A stretch of 64,000 nt of DNA from Tubiluchus corallicola (Eukaryota; Animalia; Priapulida). Position numbers and translations under genes: made by a program. Below, piece after piece: positions 1-14,300 of the stretch. Numbering within the stretch: position 1 is the stretch's first letter; each line of letters begins with the position of its first letter. The stretch lies in the NCBI GenBank assembly GCA_030141605.1, contig JAQGDQ010000123.1, positions 372,001 to 436,000 on the forward strand, read 5' to 3'. The notes below the pieces were generated by a model. It ran no database searches, was not told the DNA's origin, and worked only from the letters and a program-made list of their open reading frames with translations.

Positions 1-199
1 TTCCCTTTTAGGCTAGCCGGCTTACTGATTGGCATTACAATATCCTGGCGCGTCTATGAGGAAAGGAGGCACCTGAGATGAGCAGTGAAAGAGCTTATCA
101 GTATGCTAAGACAGGAGCGCCGGCACAGTAAATAAATGAATGGGCCCAATAAATGAAAGAGGCCAGCGATAAAGTAGTAAAAATTGCACGAACACGTAC

Positions 200-540
200 G
201 CATGTTTAACACAAAAAACATAATGCCTTATTGTTGCTTAGCAACTATTTTTGTTTTTAATGTTCTTGTTTCACACCGGTATATACTGTTTTAACACTTC
301 TTATGTAATTTCCTGCTGATAATACCGCTAGAGTGAAAGCTTCTGAAATAATATAATGCTAGAAATGAGAGGTATAAGTTTTGCAAAAAAAAAATGGCAA
401 AATGGCCATTTTTGGAGGCTTTTCGCCCCCGTTCCTCCCCTATATACCACTGAAATTATATATATGGTCATTGAGACTATAATGGGCATTATGTTTTTTA
501 TGTTAAAGATGACAAGTCCCATATTTTAAACGTATGGATA
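200..540 (+). repeat. Interspersed repeat fragment shared with 40420-40580
   Basis: tcattgagact.taa.ggg....a.gttttt.atgttaaagatgacaagtc occurs at ~468-519 and ~40504-40554. Confidence 0.6.
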
Positions 541-2021
541 CTTACCATTCGTAGTATATGGATGTAAATTATAAAAAAAAACTGTAGTAGTACAGTAGAC
601 GCTAAAAACCGTCTAAATTTCAATAGTATGTGTAAGAATAGGACGCAAAAATTTTTTGACATAGTATTCATTTTGTCAACACGTTACATCAACGCATGCC
701 TACATGCCTATAATATAACAGCAGCACATTACTTGAAGTTTTCCAAACGCTAGACGGATATGGGTAACACAAAATTAACAGACATTACGTCGTCGTCGAT
801 AATGGTAGAGACACTGAACAGTAATGAATGAATCTCTATTATTAACTCCCTACATAGGCAGATTTTGATGAAAACAAAAAAAGGAAGCAATTCCTTAGAT
901 GGATCAAAAGTGAAGCCAAAAAAAATATTAGCGAATAAAGAAAAGGCACAGTATAAATAGAAATACATGTGTGTCGAAAAAAACTTCATAAAGTAAACAA
1001 GAGCTATGAATTACAATCGTCATAATCACTGGCTATTTAATTGACACGTTTTTCCTCATGAAGTGCACAAAGGAGTTGCAGAAGACTAGTAACCAAAAAG
1101 GCTAAAAAATGGGCTAGTAATGTAAGAACAACTGACAGAGAAAAACAGCGAAAAAAAGATAATATGGGACACAAGGGGGAAGGATAGAACATATTGTCAT
1201 CATCGCTATCGTCATCGTCATGGTCACCATCATCATCATCGCATTGCCTCAACTTGTATTTTTATGATATTATACAATACATTGAATACCATCACTACTA
1301 TACAAAACTACTAATGTACAACCCCAGTACAAGTATGGTTAGATTTGCTTTTGTGAACAACTGATTTAAAGCAACAAACAATTTAAAAGCAGCAAAGTAA
1401 GAGAAGTAAGTGAGTTTACTTTATGTCAATTTACATTACATACGAATATGAGTATTAGCTTATAATGTATAAAGAAAATCTACTTAATAAGAGGTTGTTC
1501 CGTAAAGTTAAACAGATATTTCATATTACAAAAGTGAAGATACATGGGATCATTACCAACAATATCTCTTGCTTCTTCATTTGAAAATGTGAACATCTTT
1601 ACTCTCTTTATAATAATTACACAAGTCGAAGGACGGAGAAGCACTGATTAGTTTCACTGTTAAATCAATATTCATTAAATGATAAATAAACAACACATGC
1701 CATGATGCCCGTACATCTTTATTGAACTGCACAGCAATTTGTAACTGATAAATCAATTTTTTGTAAAAAAAAACCTTGCCGCTATTTAGGAAGATTTACC
1801 GCTATTCCGTCTTTCTTGATAACTGAGGAGGACAGACCAAGAAAAAGAGAAAGAGAAACGGAAAAGAGCCAGAGAATGAAAAAGACACAGAAATAGGATC
1901 GCGAGAGAGAGAAAGAGACAGATCGTCGTTTGCTCCGAGTGTGTTCGGAATCAGACCAGCCGCCAATCAATACTTAATCAAAGGCCAAAAACAACAGTGC
2001 AATGTGATTAATCAACCTTAC

Positions 2022-2084
2022 CTTGGGAGTAAAAATCAGCGTGACACGAGGTTTGCAAGATGGAGCATCATCCAGTACCCACAT
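2022..2084 (-). CDS. Possible first coding exon (MWVLDDAPSCKPRVTLIFTPK) of a gene leaving the window to the left
   Basis: ATG at 2084, open 63 nt, strong donor AAG|GTAAGG at 2021; GC-rich, CCAAT/GC-box-containing region upstream (2250-2880). Confidence 0.25.
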
Positions 2085-2970
2085 TCTCTCCCGACCACCG
2101 CTCCACAGCTTCTGGCCGTGACTTTTCACAAACCAGTATAATTTTGACGCTCTTGATGAAATTATAGTGCTAGAAATTAGTTTTCAGTCTGAATGTGTGC
2201 CATTCATGGCAAGACAAAACGCCTTTATACTGGTGTGACTGAGACAGGACTGTTATTCCGCTGCGGGCGTTTGCATTGCGCCCGGGGGGTGGAGGGGCGC
2301 AGCGCACCCACTTGCATGTAAAGGGTAATAGCACGGCCCGTAATGACGCCCACATAATGCTAGCATGTGCAACGGGCTAGTACCTGACGGCAAAGTAGGG
2401 ACACTGTGAGCATTCACATACACTAAGTGCAGGCATACAAATACAAATAACACGCAATTGCTAGAAATTATTCAACTGCAGCACCTAATTACTGGGATTC
2501 TTGCTTTGAATGCTTTTAATGTGAAACATTTCTAAGTTCCAACATGCTAGAAGCTTTAAGTCTGAAAGTCGCTTCAGCAAATTTTCTTGAATAAACTGAG
2601 CAGGTGAACGTACATCAGTATGCAAGCTTCAGGGATATTAAAAATAAAAAATCTATCTATCTAACCAATGAAAAGTCACAATAGGATCGACCAGAGAGCA
2701 GCTAGTCCAAGGTCTGTACTAAAAGGCGGCAGGCAAACTAACGTCTATCAAATACCAAAAAGAAAGAAATCTGTTAATAAAAATTAAAGACAATTTCCAT
2801 TTTCCAATCACCCGAATACTTATTAAGAATAACGACTGGGCTGCTTCAAGGAGATAGCCTGCCCCACCCCGCCTCAAGGATAATAAGCAGAACTTGTGTA
2901 ATCAGTGCTAAACTGTGCAGCGTCTATCTTCATCTAGTAAATCTGGCACTAAAGACATATTGAGAACAAC

Positions 2971-3084
2971 TCAGCAAAGTTTTTCTCCTATCAAGATGTT
3001 CCACGCCAGTAAGATGCGCTCAAGGCCGCTCTGCGCCGACAAGGCAAGCTGTGTTTCTCGACCACAGCCAGGGCACTTAATTGC
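2971..3084 (-). CDS. Candidate terminal exon of the HhH gene (AIKCPGCGRETQLALSAQSGLERILLAWNILIGEKLC*)
   Basis: Acceptor ttatacag at 3085-3086, GC-richer coding-like composition, phase 0. It can be joined via small candidate exons 7725-7688 and 7197-7176. No homology recognised. Confidence 0.3.
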   Translation of the reverse strand, partial: AIKCPGCGRETQLALSAQSGLERILLAWNILIGEKLC

Positions 3085-4859
3085 CTGTATAATATGCTGT
3101 AATACAATAAAAACTGTCATAATAACACAAAGCAGCGTTTTCGCATACAATACTCGCTTGTTTTGAGCGCCGTTTTTATGCAAAGTAAACAGTTTAATGC
3201 AGAGAACGGCCGCCTGATCAGATGTCAATCACTCACGCACGCATATGCGTGAGAAAACTCTCAGCGGACTGTGCGCTTGTGAGCATTGAGCACGCAGTAA
3301 ATGAAAATCATTCTCAGCATGCGTGCACGGTCAAATTGCAAATTGAAAAACCGTTCACACTAGTAACCAATCTTCATTAAAGCTAACATTAATCGATTTA
3401 TTAATTAATTAATTAACTGTGCGCGATAAGTTGACTAACACATCTTGCCTGCGTGGCATTAATTGAACTATATATATTACGTAATAAATATATGCATTAC
3501 TAAGTTATAATTACTGTTGTCACCATAAACTAGTACCAATAATATAAAAGTTATGTGTGACTAGTGCAAACGTGATTGAAAGCAAACAAAGACAACGACA
3601 ACAACAAACATTAGCCAGTGCATGGACATTAAGAGAGATCGTATCTTAGAGCCAACTGTTAATTTTTTAGTTTTTTAATAGGCTAGCTATTAGACATTTA
3701 TAGCTTATTATGATTAGACAAACGATTATGATTAACAATTGTTTAAAATGACATTATATTTAACAAATTCGTATAATTGAAATTATTAATTACATGCATA
3801 CAGTATCCCGAACATGTAAGAGCTGCGACTAAGTTTTTTTTCACTGCTAGTTCCAATTGTCTGATAAAACAACAATTATTTTTAATTAATAGCCTTGAGT
3901 AACAACATAAAAGTAAAATACCGATTAAAAATTAATTAGCAAATTTAGTTTATTTGAATAATGAAAATGTGATTACTTCATATTGGAAACCAAATATCTG
4001 TATGAAAAGTAGCAACTGAAAACAACAGCCTGGACAACTTCACTTAAAGATTCGCAAAATAAAATTAAACTACCGACGATAATGCTCACTCATTCAATGT
4101 CAAGTTTTCAAAAAAAAGAACAACAATAACAACGTCTTTATAAATTATTCACTTACAATGTCAATGACAGCTTGGATTGTAACCAACACTGAACATACAA
4201 AAAACATCACAACTACGCAACGCGTCGGACATTTTAGTTACATACGTAATTTTGACAAGAGGCAGCAGGTCTGCTTGCAGAAAAAGTGAAATTAGGTAAG
4301 GGGGTCATGCAACTCAACACGCCTTTATGGGTATTTGTCGATAACCGCGAACAATCAAAACGCAGGCAGTTGTCATTCACAAAATCAATTCCTATATCAA
4401 TAGGATCTGATCACAGCAAACTGTAATCTGCTAAATTTCGTGGATGAATAAAAAGTACAACGCATTAGTTAGGGCAGAATGTTCGTAACAGTTTGCAAGT
4501 TACGTGTATTGTTATTTAATGCAACAAATCAAGCACTCATTTAATCAATTAGTGAATAATCAATTCTAATCACTAACAGCTGTCATTCCTGGCTACCATA
4601 AATTTGTATATTTAAAAAACTGTATTCGCTTTCACAGATTTATAAGATTATTAGATCCACATAATTACATACATTTGAACAACAATGATACTGTATAATT
4701 AAATCAGAGCTTTAAAAAGCAAGTATGTAAGTGAGGTACTTGAGAAGTAAACATACTTGTGTAAAGCATTGTGGATATGTGAAGAAAGGAAGAAAAAGTA
4801 TGAAAAAACATTGAAAGCATAGGCAAGAAAGCAGATGAAGATAGATAGAGAGACACACA

Positions 4860-4918
4860 GAGTTAAAAACAGTACTGTGAGTTAAAAACAGTACTGTGAG
4901 TTAAAAACAGTATTGTGA
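4860..4918 (+). repeat. 19-bp minisatellite x3
   Basis: gagttaaaaacagtactgt repeated three times. Confidence 0.9.
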
Positions 4919-7900
4919 AACTCTACCTATTTACATTGTTTATGTATTTTGACATAGTATATTACTAATTCATTAGCATTTAAAAATTTATTCAATTTTT
5001 TTTTTGTATATTGTGCGAGTGTGTTATAATAAGGCTAACGTTGCATACTTTTCTGCACTAGTTCACTAACGTGACTGTATTGTTTGTGCTAAACATATAC
5101 GAATAAATGGTAAATAAAAACATGTATACACAATCAATGTGCTAACATCAGTTCAACAAAACATAAGATTCACATACAAGATCACTAGACATTAAAAAAA
5201 TTGTGATCATGCAAGATAAACAAGCAACCGAATGCTTCAAAGTTTGAAAATGGTATTTTATTATGAAAAAACTTTAGCAAATTTTGAATTAAAAAAGTAC
5301 CAAAAACTAATATATGTTAGTACATATACACATTTTAATATATCACATCCATTGCAGGGCTTATGAACTCAAGAATGGCATAGTTAAATATATATCCAAC
5401 ATGGTTTTGGAAATGTTAAAAAATGAACTCTGACATATCATAATCTAGCACAAAACATTTTAACCTCTGCATTAAGCGGGGTTAAATATTTCTAGATTTT
5501 AGCTCGAGGGCAAAACCCAATTACCTGACAAAGGCACACGTGCTTTGTGTACAACTTGTGTCACTTTCTCCTAAAGCTGAGCAAAAGTCTCATACTTATC
5601 AATTTTGTAATGTTCACGAATAAAATAATCAGAATAATTTAAATTCTTCTTAAAAATGAAATTTCTGCTATTTTTGCAAGTAGAAAAAATATTGTTGTGT
5701 CAGGTGGTGCAAAAAAGTGCGAATTTTTGATTACAATATTATCGTAAGAAAATAACATAGCACAGCATGTTTGCAGCACAACAAATGTGAAAAGCAATAC
5801 GAAACTATGTATGTCTCGCGGTAATCACAAAAACATACAAACGCACAGTTCTCATAAAGACATTTAGACTGAGGATAGCAAAGTGACCAAAGGCCACCAG
5901 TTTATTCTGCCTTGAGCACCAAACAGGCCGAAACAGCCCATGTTAAATACCAAAATTAATATACTGTGCATTCACTGCACTGTTAACATAAGCATTTTTT
6001 TAAACAAAAGCAAATTTATATAGCACATTTTAACAAAAGAGTGAAATAGTGATTATAAACACGTGATAAATATTCCGACTAAAATTATGCACCTTCAAAA
6101 ATGGGGGAGATGAAATTGGTGAACGTGAAATTCAATGTCCTTGTATGTGGCACAACTAAATACATGTGGACATATAAGACACTAACAGTAGTATAGCTAA
6201 TAGGGGAGTAAGGGGAACCACTGCTTCCCCAAGCACATATTTCAAAATTGGAGCCTTTTGAAATTTTTTAACTATTTAGTTCTCTTGTGCGATAAAAGTT
6301 GAATCTTTTTTTTTACATGTAAAATCAAAGTAATTAAATAACACACATTTTAGTATATTTTGAGATTTATGAGCTTACTATAAAACTTTTCATTGTGTTT
6401 TAATTTTAAATATAACACAATAGTTATGTACTTTAGAACTACATTTTCCTCATGTTTTGATTTTAAATACAAACCAAAAATGTATAATTAATGCGTTAAA
6501 AAATGTTTGGTAAATGTGACGGTGCCTTTTTTATGTGCTTGCTACTTCTAATTCTATGACCTGGCTACGCTCTTGAACACTAGTATGTAGTCAAAATGTT
6601 TGGAAATCATTATAAAGCTCTTTTTAGATGACTGATGTAATTTACACGGCTGCTGGGTACAAGACTTGGTGTGATCTAGGGCTGTTAAACGATAGAGTAG
6701 TGTAAAGCCCGGAAACAAAACAACTAAGTTCTGCAACAACTAAGTTCTGATAAGCTTGTTTTACTTCTCCAAAATCCAAATTTTTGACACCTTCACTGAA
6801 TATGGTGATTCCTGAGAAGTGGGTAGAACTAGTTCCTGATTTTTCATTCACAGTTTAACTATCCAGTTTCAGCGAGTCATACAATGAGCAAATACTTGCA
6901 TATGAAAAAACGAAATTAGTTAGGGTACAGACCTTTACAATTTTCATAAATACTCACAAACTTGCAGCTACAGTTAACAACTTTATGCCACTTAATGACA
7001 ATTTGCAATCTTAACACTTCTACAGTAAATGATGAACAGCATGGCCAAGCATCTTAACAACGTACCAACATAAGGCATTAAACAAATGTTTGGTCATGGT
7101 GAACATTCATGTATAATGTTGGAACAGTTGACCTCAATCACTTATGCATACCTCTGATCTCATGTATTCATTTACCTGAGCATTGTCTCGACAACGACTA
7201 GGAAAGCAACGTGGATGGAAATTGATCACATTAACTGCTACATGTGCGGCAAATAAACATATCAATTTAGTTAGGTGAATAACTTCCCTAAGTTCTAAAA
7301 TCTTTGTTTTACAAATGTATAATGAGTTGCTACTATATCTTAATTAAATACTGATAACTTGTGTATCTTTAAAGATGAGAGAAGGTGACAACACATCACA
7401 TCATTATCAGCTTGAAAAACATCCAACTACTGTTGAATGTTATGTCATTCAAATAAAGTTCAGTTGGCTAGCTTATCGTTTTTGAACAGTTATTTACTGC
7501 CTTTATAAGCATCAAAAACACAAAAGTTAAAACTTGAAAGCTAACTAAATCCGTGCATGTGCATGTCCTAGACTTCAGCACAATTTATCAAAAAATACCT
7601 GTTATGGTAAACTTCATAGACTGGGAATATGGCCTTCAATTGCCAACAGTATGTTAACTGATTCTACATGTACATTCTCATTCTTACTTATACAGTGCTT
7701 TTCTATAGTGCTCAGATATAATCATCTGTCAGTAGCCTGTGTCACACCTCGTTACCAATCCTAACCTCACAGCCCATATTTTCCATGTATTCTGCCATAC
7801 TTCACTTGGCTTTTCAACAACATTATTTCTAGGTTATCTCATTCATCGGTGGGATGTGGTTATGTCTGTGAGTTCAGTAAACAATACCACATACGATCCT

Positions 7901-8119
7901 TTCATTTTTTACACACTTCACCACACTGCAAGTCATAATCGCAAGCGCTCACTTACCAACACGTGTACTCAAGAAACAATGGTTGTGGTAGGACGAAAAC
8001 CTAGCTCATTATCACAGGTAACTCTCTAAGACAAGCCATCATCAACAGTAGGGACATCCGAGTGATGACGTACATCTTCTATGAGGTATATCCAGCCACA
8101 ACCAATAAGATGCATAAAA

Positions 8120-8182
8120 CTTACACAAGTATTGAACCCAGACAGTCAAGAAATATTCACAAGTGACCACTTGGCTATGCAG
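8120..8182 (-). mobile_element. tRNA-derived SINE head
   Basis: Minus strand A-box TAGCCAAGTGG and B-box-like GGTTCAATACT; homologous to 12870-12915. Confidence 0.55.
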
Positions 8183-8280
8183 CTTGCCCCAAAATACAGT
8201 GCATTAGTTTGAATGCACAACAAGATGTAATCATCTACATGTATTAGATCAATTTTCCATATTTTTATACGCTTATTTCA

Positions 8281-8384
8281 GTGCAGAAAGCAAACAACAA
8301 AATCTCTTACCAATTTGCGCTGCCTGATTATCTTGGTGCAGAAAGCAAACAACAAAATCACTTACCAATTTGCGCTGCCTGATT
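8281..8384. repeat. 55-bp-period tandem duplication spanning an exon/intron boundary
   Basis: gtgcagaaagcaaacaacaaaatc.cttaccaatttgcgctgcctgatt at 8281 and 8336. Confidence 0.9.
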
Positions 8385-11300
8385 TTTTCTGTATGTTCAT
8401 CGACTATAGTGTTCTGTTTAGCTGCCGCTATTTCATCAGCTTCTATGTCGCTTATGTCACTCTGCTCTCTCTCGCCAATACTATTATCATTATCATCGCC
8501 ATCATCATCATCAGTATCACTGTCTCCGTTGTCTGAGGCGCAAGTAGTAGCCATTGTGTTCTTAAGGTGTAATAAAGTCACTGCACTGGTGGTTTCCAAA
8601 AGTGGCGTTGTCTGTAAAAAACGACAATTGTATATTACAATCACACAAAGGACCAGCTATATAATGTAAAAATGCCTGTGGAGACAATGTCACAAGCAAA
8701 ATATAACTATCATATGTTTATGGTTTAATACATTTAGAGGCTTAATTGATATTTTTCTAAGCAGAGCTCAAGATGCGGACGGTACAGTTACAATTCTTAC
8801 TGACCTAATGGCCAATAAGACTTGTCTGAAAAACATAATAAAATTCCTAACAACATTTTTCTAACACATGGGTTTCTGCTGAAGCACTCGTGTGAACGAT
8901 GGCACAAAATCTTTATCACAAGAGTGCAAACCACGTCCTCAAAGAAATGATAAAAAAATTGGACAATCATGGCATGCTAACAATTTTAGCTGAATGCCCA
9001 CAACAAAAGTTGATAAGCAGGATACATTACAATTTTTTGCTGGGCAGCAAAAACTAACCAGCAGCACCGTCAGACGGCTGTGGTACTGGACTGATAGTAT
9101 TAAAAGCATCGGATTAGATCTCCAGAAGACTATTGTAGATGTTACTATTTTAAAAGATTGTTTAACTAAAGTTTGAAATTAGCTCCCACAAACTAATACT
9201 TAAAAATTCAAGGAACCCAATTATGGCATGTGCCTATGTGTGCACGAATAGGCATGAAATGCAAATCTTGGAACACTGAGCTATTACATACAGGATCAGT
9301 ATTAAGTTCATTAAACCAAGAACATCTTTAAAAGTGAACTGATTAACAAATTAATAAATCAATGCAGCATTAATTATATCATAAGCAAACCGGAGCATTC
9401 TCTTGGCATATTCTGCATGGCTATTCTAAAGCAATGACTGATTGAGAGTGCTTCAAATGAAGTATAACTTGACATAACTGCTTCATGTTTGTGACAGCAC
9501 TCATAATGAAAGATGGAGAAGCTTTCGGTGGTTAGTAATAATAACCATGGTGGATAATACTTTTTCTTCACATCACATGCAACTGCTAAATCTCAGTAAG
9601 TGCGTAAAGTTATGATCACGATAAATATCTTGTAAGCCGTTCAAGCAACAATATGGTAACGAAAAGATAAATAAGGTTCTAAGCCTAATGTGTGCCTATA
9701 AAACCAATTCTGCATTAAGGCAAGTAGAAATCAGCATTTAGCATGCTTTACGAGTTTTGCGGTTTAACTTCAGTCTCCATGGTGCTCCATCAGTGAAGAT
9801 GTTAGCTAGCTGTTAGCTGCCCGAGTGACGCTTCACTCCTTCATTTCTTTAATAAGAAAATGATTTTAAAACTAAATAAATTTTGTCACCATCTCATTAT
9901 ATTATCATCACTATCATCATCGTTATCATCAGCTAATCCTTAACAGTCACCATTGATGATGATCATTTTACTCACACATGCAGATGGTGACGGTGTGTCA
10001 GTGCATTCAGGCGGAACATCATCTTCTTCGTCAGCCACCTCTTTTAAGTGTTGATTTGGATGACTAGTAGACGGTTTCTCTTTTCCAGGACTACCATGGT
10101 CCATCTCTTTACCTGTGCGTTCTAGGGCCAACCACTGTTTAGTTCTAGCAGAACTACGAGTCTCACTGGAAAGATGAAAGCTTAGCTACTAGACATTCTA
10201 CATCAAATCATTATCACCAAACAAACCAATTTTATAACAGTAACAAACCAACCTTAGAAAGTTTTTTAGAATGTTGCCAATTAAACCGCTGACAAAAAAT
10301 CTGTTTGTTTCACAAAGCACATGCACGCACACACGCACGCATGCATACACACACACACACACACACACATGCTCATACATGCATGCGCACACACATGATA
10401 AAACAATTGTCCGCACTTCAAAAAACATAAAAAGGGCCAGAAACTGACAGGACCAGGAAAAAGTGAGAAGAAATTTTCGAGATAATACCTAGCTCAGTTT
10501 TTGATCAGTTTGTCAGTCACAGTTATTAACCTTTTGTAGCACAATGGTTGAGACAGCGAGTGTCCAACATGCTCTTGAGAGCACCAACATAGCATTATAT
10601 GATGCCATTTTAGCCAATTTCAAGGGTACTCTCAATGAAACACTTAAGAAGTGTAGGCTATCTGAGATCTCCTCTTAGTTAGTAGATTCCTCAAAAAGCT
10701 CTCTCAACCTGCAGTCGAGCTGAGACAGATTCTATCCCATTAAACAGAAAAGGCTTTTTCTTAAGAATGGTTGGGTTAAGAACTACTCACCGCCGGCATG
10801 CCTTTGCCCGGCGTGCTGCTGCAATCTGTGCAAGCTTTGAGCAGATGAGACGGTGCCGGTTGAGATTGACAATGTTCTCTCCGATGCCTGGAATATCTGA
10901 AAGATCCTTCACGCTGACGAAACCACCTCGTATCTATACAAAATAATGCAATTATTAAACATTAGTTGAAAGCCATGAAAACTGGCCACTCTGTAACACA
11001 TATTACATAATTATACATGTAGTTTGTATCGCACTGTTGTTGTGTGTGTACCTAGAAGCCACCATCCAGCGCTCAATGCAGGGGCCAGTTTTTATGTTAA
11101 TAACTGTGGTGGGAGGAGAACCTTTATATATATATATATATAGGCAAGCAACAATGAAATAAATAATCAGAAGCAGTATGGCACATGAAAATTCCCAGAA
11201 TTTATTTTCTTGACAGTTACCCATTCATTTGCTAACCAAACCTAGCACTGTTCAACTTTGGTTACTAACCACATACCATGACCACTCAACTATTCAGTTC

Positions 11301-14300
11301 ACTTTTTAACAGAACTAAGCAAAGCGAGATATACTGCAGTGAAATGTATCTCACAGCATAAATTATTTAAAAATAATAGATTGTAATCCGTTTCAAATCT
11401 CCTTTCCCACAAGGAAGAAGGAACTATATGACCTCTTCAGTGCTGAGTAATGACAGCATGTGAACTTACAAAAGAGGAAGTTACTTAGAACAGTTTCCTT
11501 ACAAAATTAACCGTAACAGCACATAATAAATAAACAACTAAATGAACACGAAGGAATGATTAGATGAGTAAGGAAATCAATAAAAACGAATGAATCAGTG
11601 AATAAATGCCTGTATGAAGAATGTATACAGGAAGAACACACAAATGAATGAAATAATGATCAAAAGTAGATTAATAAGTTAAATAAAAAGTAAATGGCAA
11701 AAGGGAAAAGTAAAAGAAGAAATCTGCAAAGAATAAGTAAAATGTATTCAACAAACAATTTGCCATTTCAAGAATAAAGGTACGTTCACACAAATAAATG
11801 ATCTCAAAAGAGACATTAAACTAATCTATTCTATGTTACGCAGCTTATGTACTGAACAACTGTAACAGCTTATGCACTGAATCAAGTTCTTTAGACTAAA
11901 CCATGTATTAAATCTCCTGGCTTTATCTCCTCTGCCATAATAAATGGTCACTGCCGAACGAATGGACAGGTGTTCCCTTAATCAAAAAATACACTAAAAT
12001 GAGCATTTAATCACTCCAGTACGAACCTGCAGCATGACTAGCGTCACACATTTCTGCCTCTAGAAATCAAAAACTCCAAATAATCACAGCCATTTTGATG
12101 AGTGAGTATCACATTTCAGGGAATCTAACATATGTATATTTATAAGAAATCTAGCTTTGCGCAACACTAGAGCTAACACCATAGACATTGTTACTGTACT
12201 TTCAGGGCTGGATTTTAAACAGTTTTCTTATAGGTCAGAGCTACTAGGGATAAAAATGAACTAATAGAAAGTACTCAGGGTACACTAGGCAACAACAAAC
12301 TTATAAAAAACTAATAAAACTTCAGAATATCAAGCACAGTACAGCCACACATCATAGAAAGTACTATAAGAATGTCTTCTGATAGTAATACTAGGTGTTC
12401 TGTGGTGCGTAACTGGTAGCACCCCGTACCTGGGGTTGTAGTGCAAGGCAGTGAAGGCACACAACGTTTCCCGGACACACACCAGCACACAAGACAGTCA
12501 GATGTGGGTCAATAGTGGTAGCACGAACGGGTGTGATCACACAAAGCGGCTCGTCAATAACAAAGTGTCAATAGAATTAAAGCACACCATCAACCGTGAA
12601 CTGTATCATTAATTAATCATGAACTCCGTTTTTATTTTCCTAGGTATATAAGCAATTTCACTTGCAAGTCAGATTTATGATGTCATGTAAGCAAATATGT
12701 CTGATTAAAATCTAATAAATTTCCTGTATTTTTGCGACAACATACCGTTCATTAGATGACCATCATTTGAAGCTTCATTCATATTTGTGTAAAAAGTGCC
12801 ACTTTACAAATCAAATGTGGAATTTTAAAAATATAGTGGAGTTCACGCTGAGGGTTTTCACGTACATGCTTCACGTGAATGGCTCTTGATTGCCTGGGTT
12901 CAATACTCACCCTGAGCTATTTTTATTTAAATTGATTCTGGCTGTTTAACTCTACTAATTTAGCCATTTATCTTATATCAGATATCCCTAATAAAGAGCC
13001 CGTGTACATTCATGCCACAAACATTGCAATGAAGAGGCCTTGCCAATCAATGCTTGATATCAACTCGCAGTGTGCCAAAGCTATTAATATACATAAAATG
13101 ACGAAATCATAGTTGGGAGGTACTGGATATGCAAATGCAGATGTACATATTATATAATGATGTTAATTTTATAAATTTTGATGCCTATGCAACTACAATT
13201 AATTTAATTGAAAAGGTTGACTATTGAGTTCACTTAGGAATTACGTTTTGTAATTTATTAAGATTTCGCCATAGCAAAATCTTACTGTTTTTCATTGAGT
13301 GCAAATTTGATATTATTTATTCTCCGCCATTTTAACGCTTAATAACTCGTAAGCCTTGCAAGCTAGGGTCGCCAAACACGCAGAGTTGGTAGCCCTGGGC
13401 AGGGGACGTACAAATGTATAGCAATCGCTGACCAGTGGTCAAGGGGGGAAGGACAGTGGCCGTTGGTCGGTTTTTCCTTTATGATTCAACTCCTCCTACG
13501 ACTTTCGTCATTTTCCAAATTTTTTTCACAAGTATTTGGGTACTGTGGGGCAGGTGTGCACCTGGGGTTTTAAAAAGCCGACAAGCTTTAAACGCCCGAG
13601 TGAGGGGCCAAAATGCAAAATTTGGGGACCGCCTAATTTGTGACCTTTTACACGCTGAGTGCTAGGGACATAAAACTCACAGGGTGCTAGGGACTCTCTG
13701 GCCAAAGTTATATATGTATACACGTGACTCAAGTTGCCGAGTCAAAGGTCATGGAGCAGTCGGGTCTTCATTTATTTTTCTTTAAGATCCATCTGCTCCC
13801 ACAGTTTGTGGGCTAGGGCGACAATATTTGGTGGTTAGGTGGGGCCAAGTTGTTGGATATGGCAAAATATGGGTGATTTGGAGGGGGACAATTTTCCGCT
13901 AGGAGGCAAAAACCAAAAAATGGGGGTCGGGAACTGACGTGCACTGAGTGTTGAGCAAAGGTACCTTGTAGCATATGAAATGAAAGGTCTCAATGAGGCA
14001 GATCGAATGGCATATGTTGCAACGAGAATAGCTAATCCGCGACCCCGCTAGGGGGCAAAAACGGAAAAATTGGGGTCGGGAACAGAAATGCATTGAGTGT
14101 TTACGAATAGTACCATGTAGCATATCAAGGTCTTGATGAGGCGAATTGAATGGTATAGGTTACAATGTGAGTCCACATAAAACAACTGAAGCTACTGAAC
14201 TGATACAGCAGACGGTTTTGCTTTATACACGCCATTTGACGGTTGTAGTACACTTAACCTTTGACCTACAGCAACTGTTCGTGCACACATCGAAACTGTA

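Noticed and set aside
1037-1252. Acidic small ORF and most other 60-120 aa track ORFs
   Set aside because: They derive from (CAT)n or other simple repeats, antisense shadows of real exons, or MITE sequence.
6554-6851. Overlapping minus-strand ORFs as HhH-gene exons
   Set aside because: No convincing splice sites in compatible phase and no recognisable motif.
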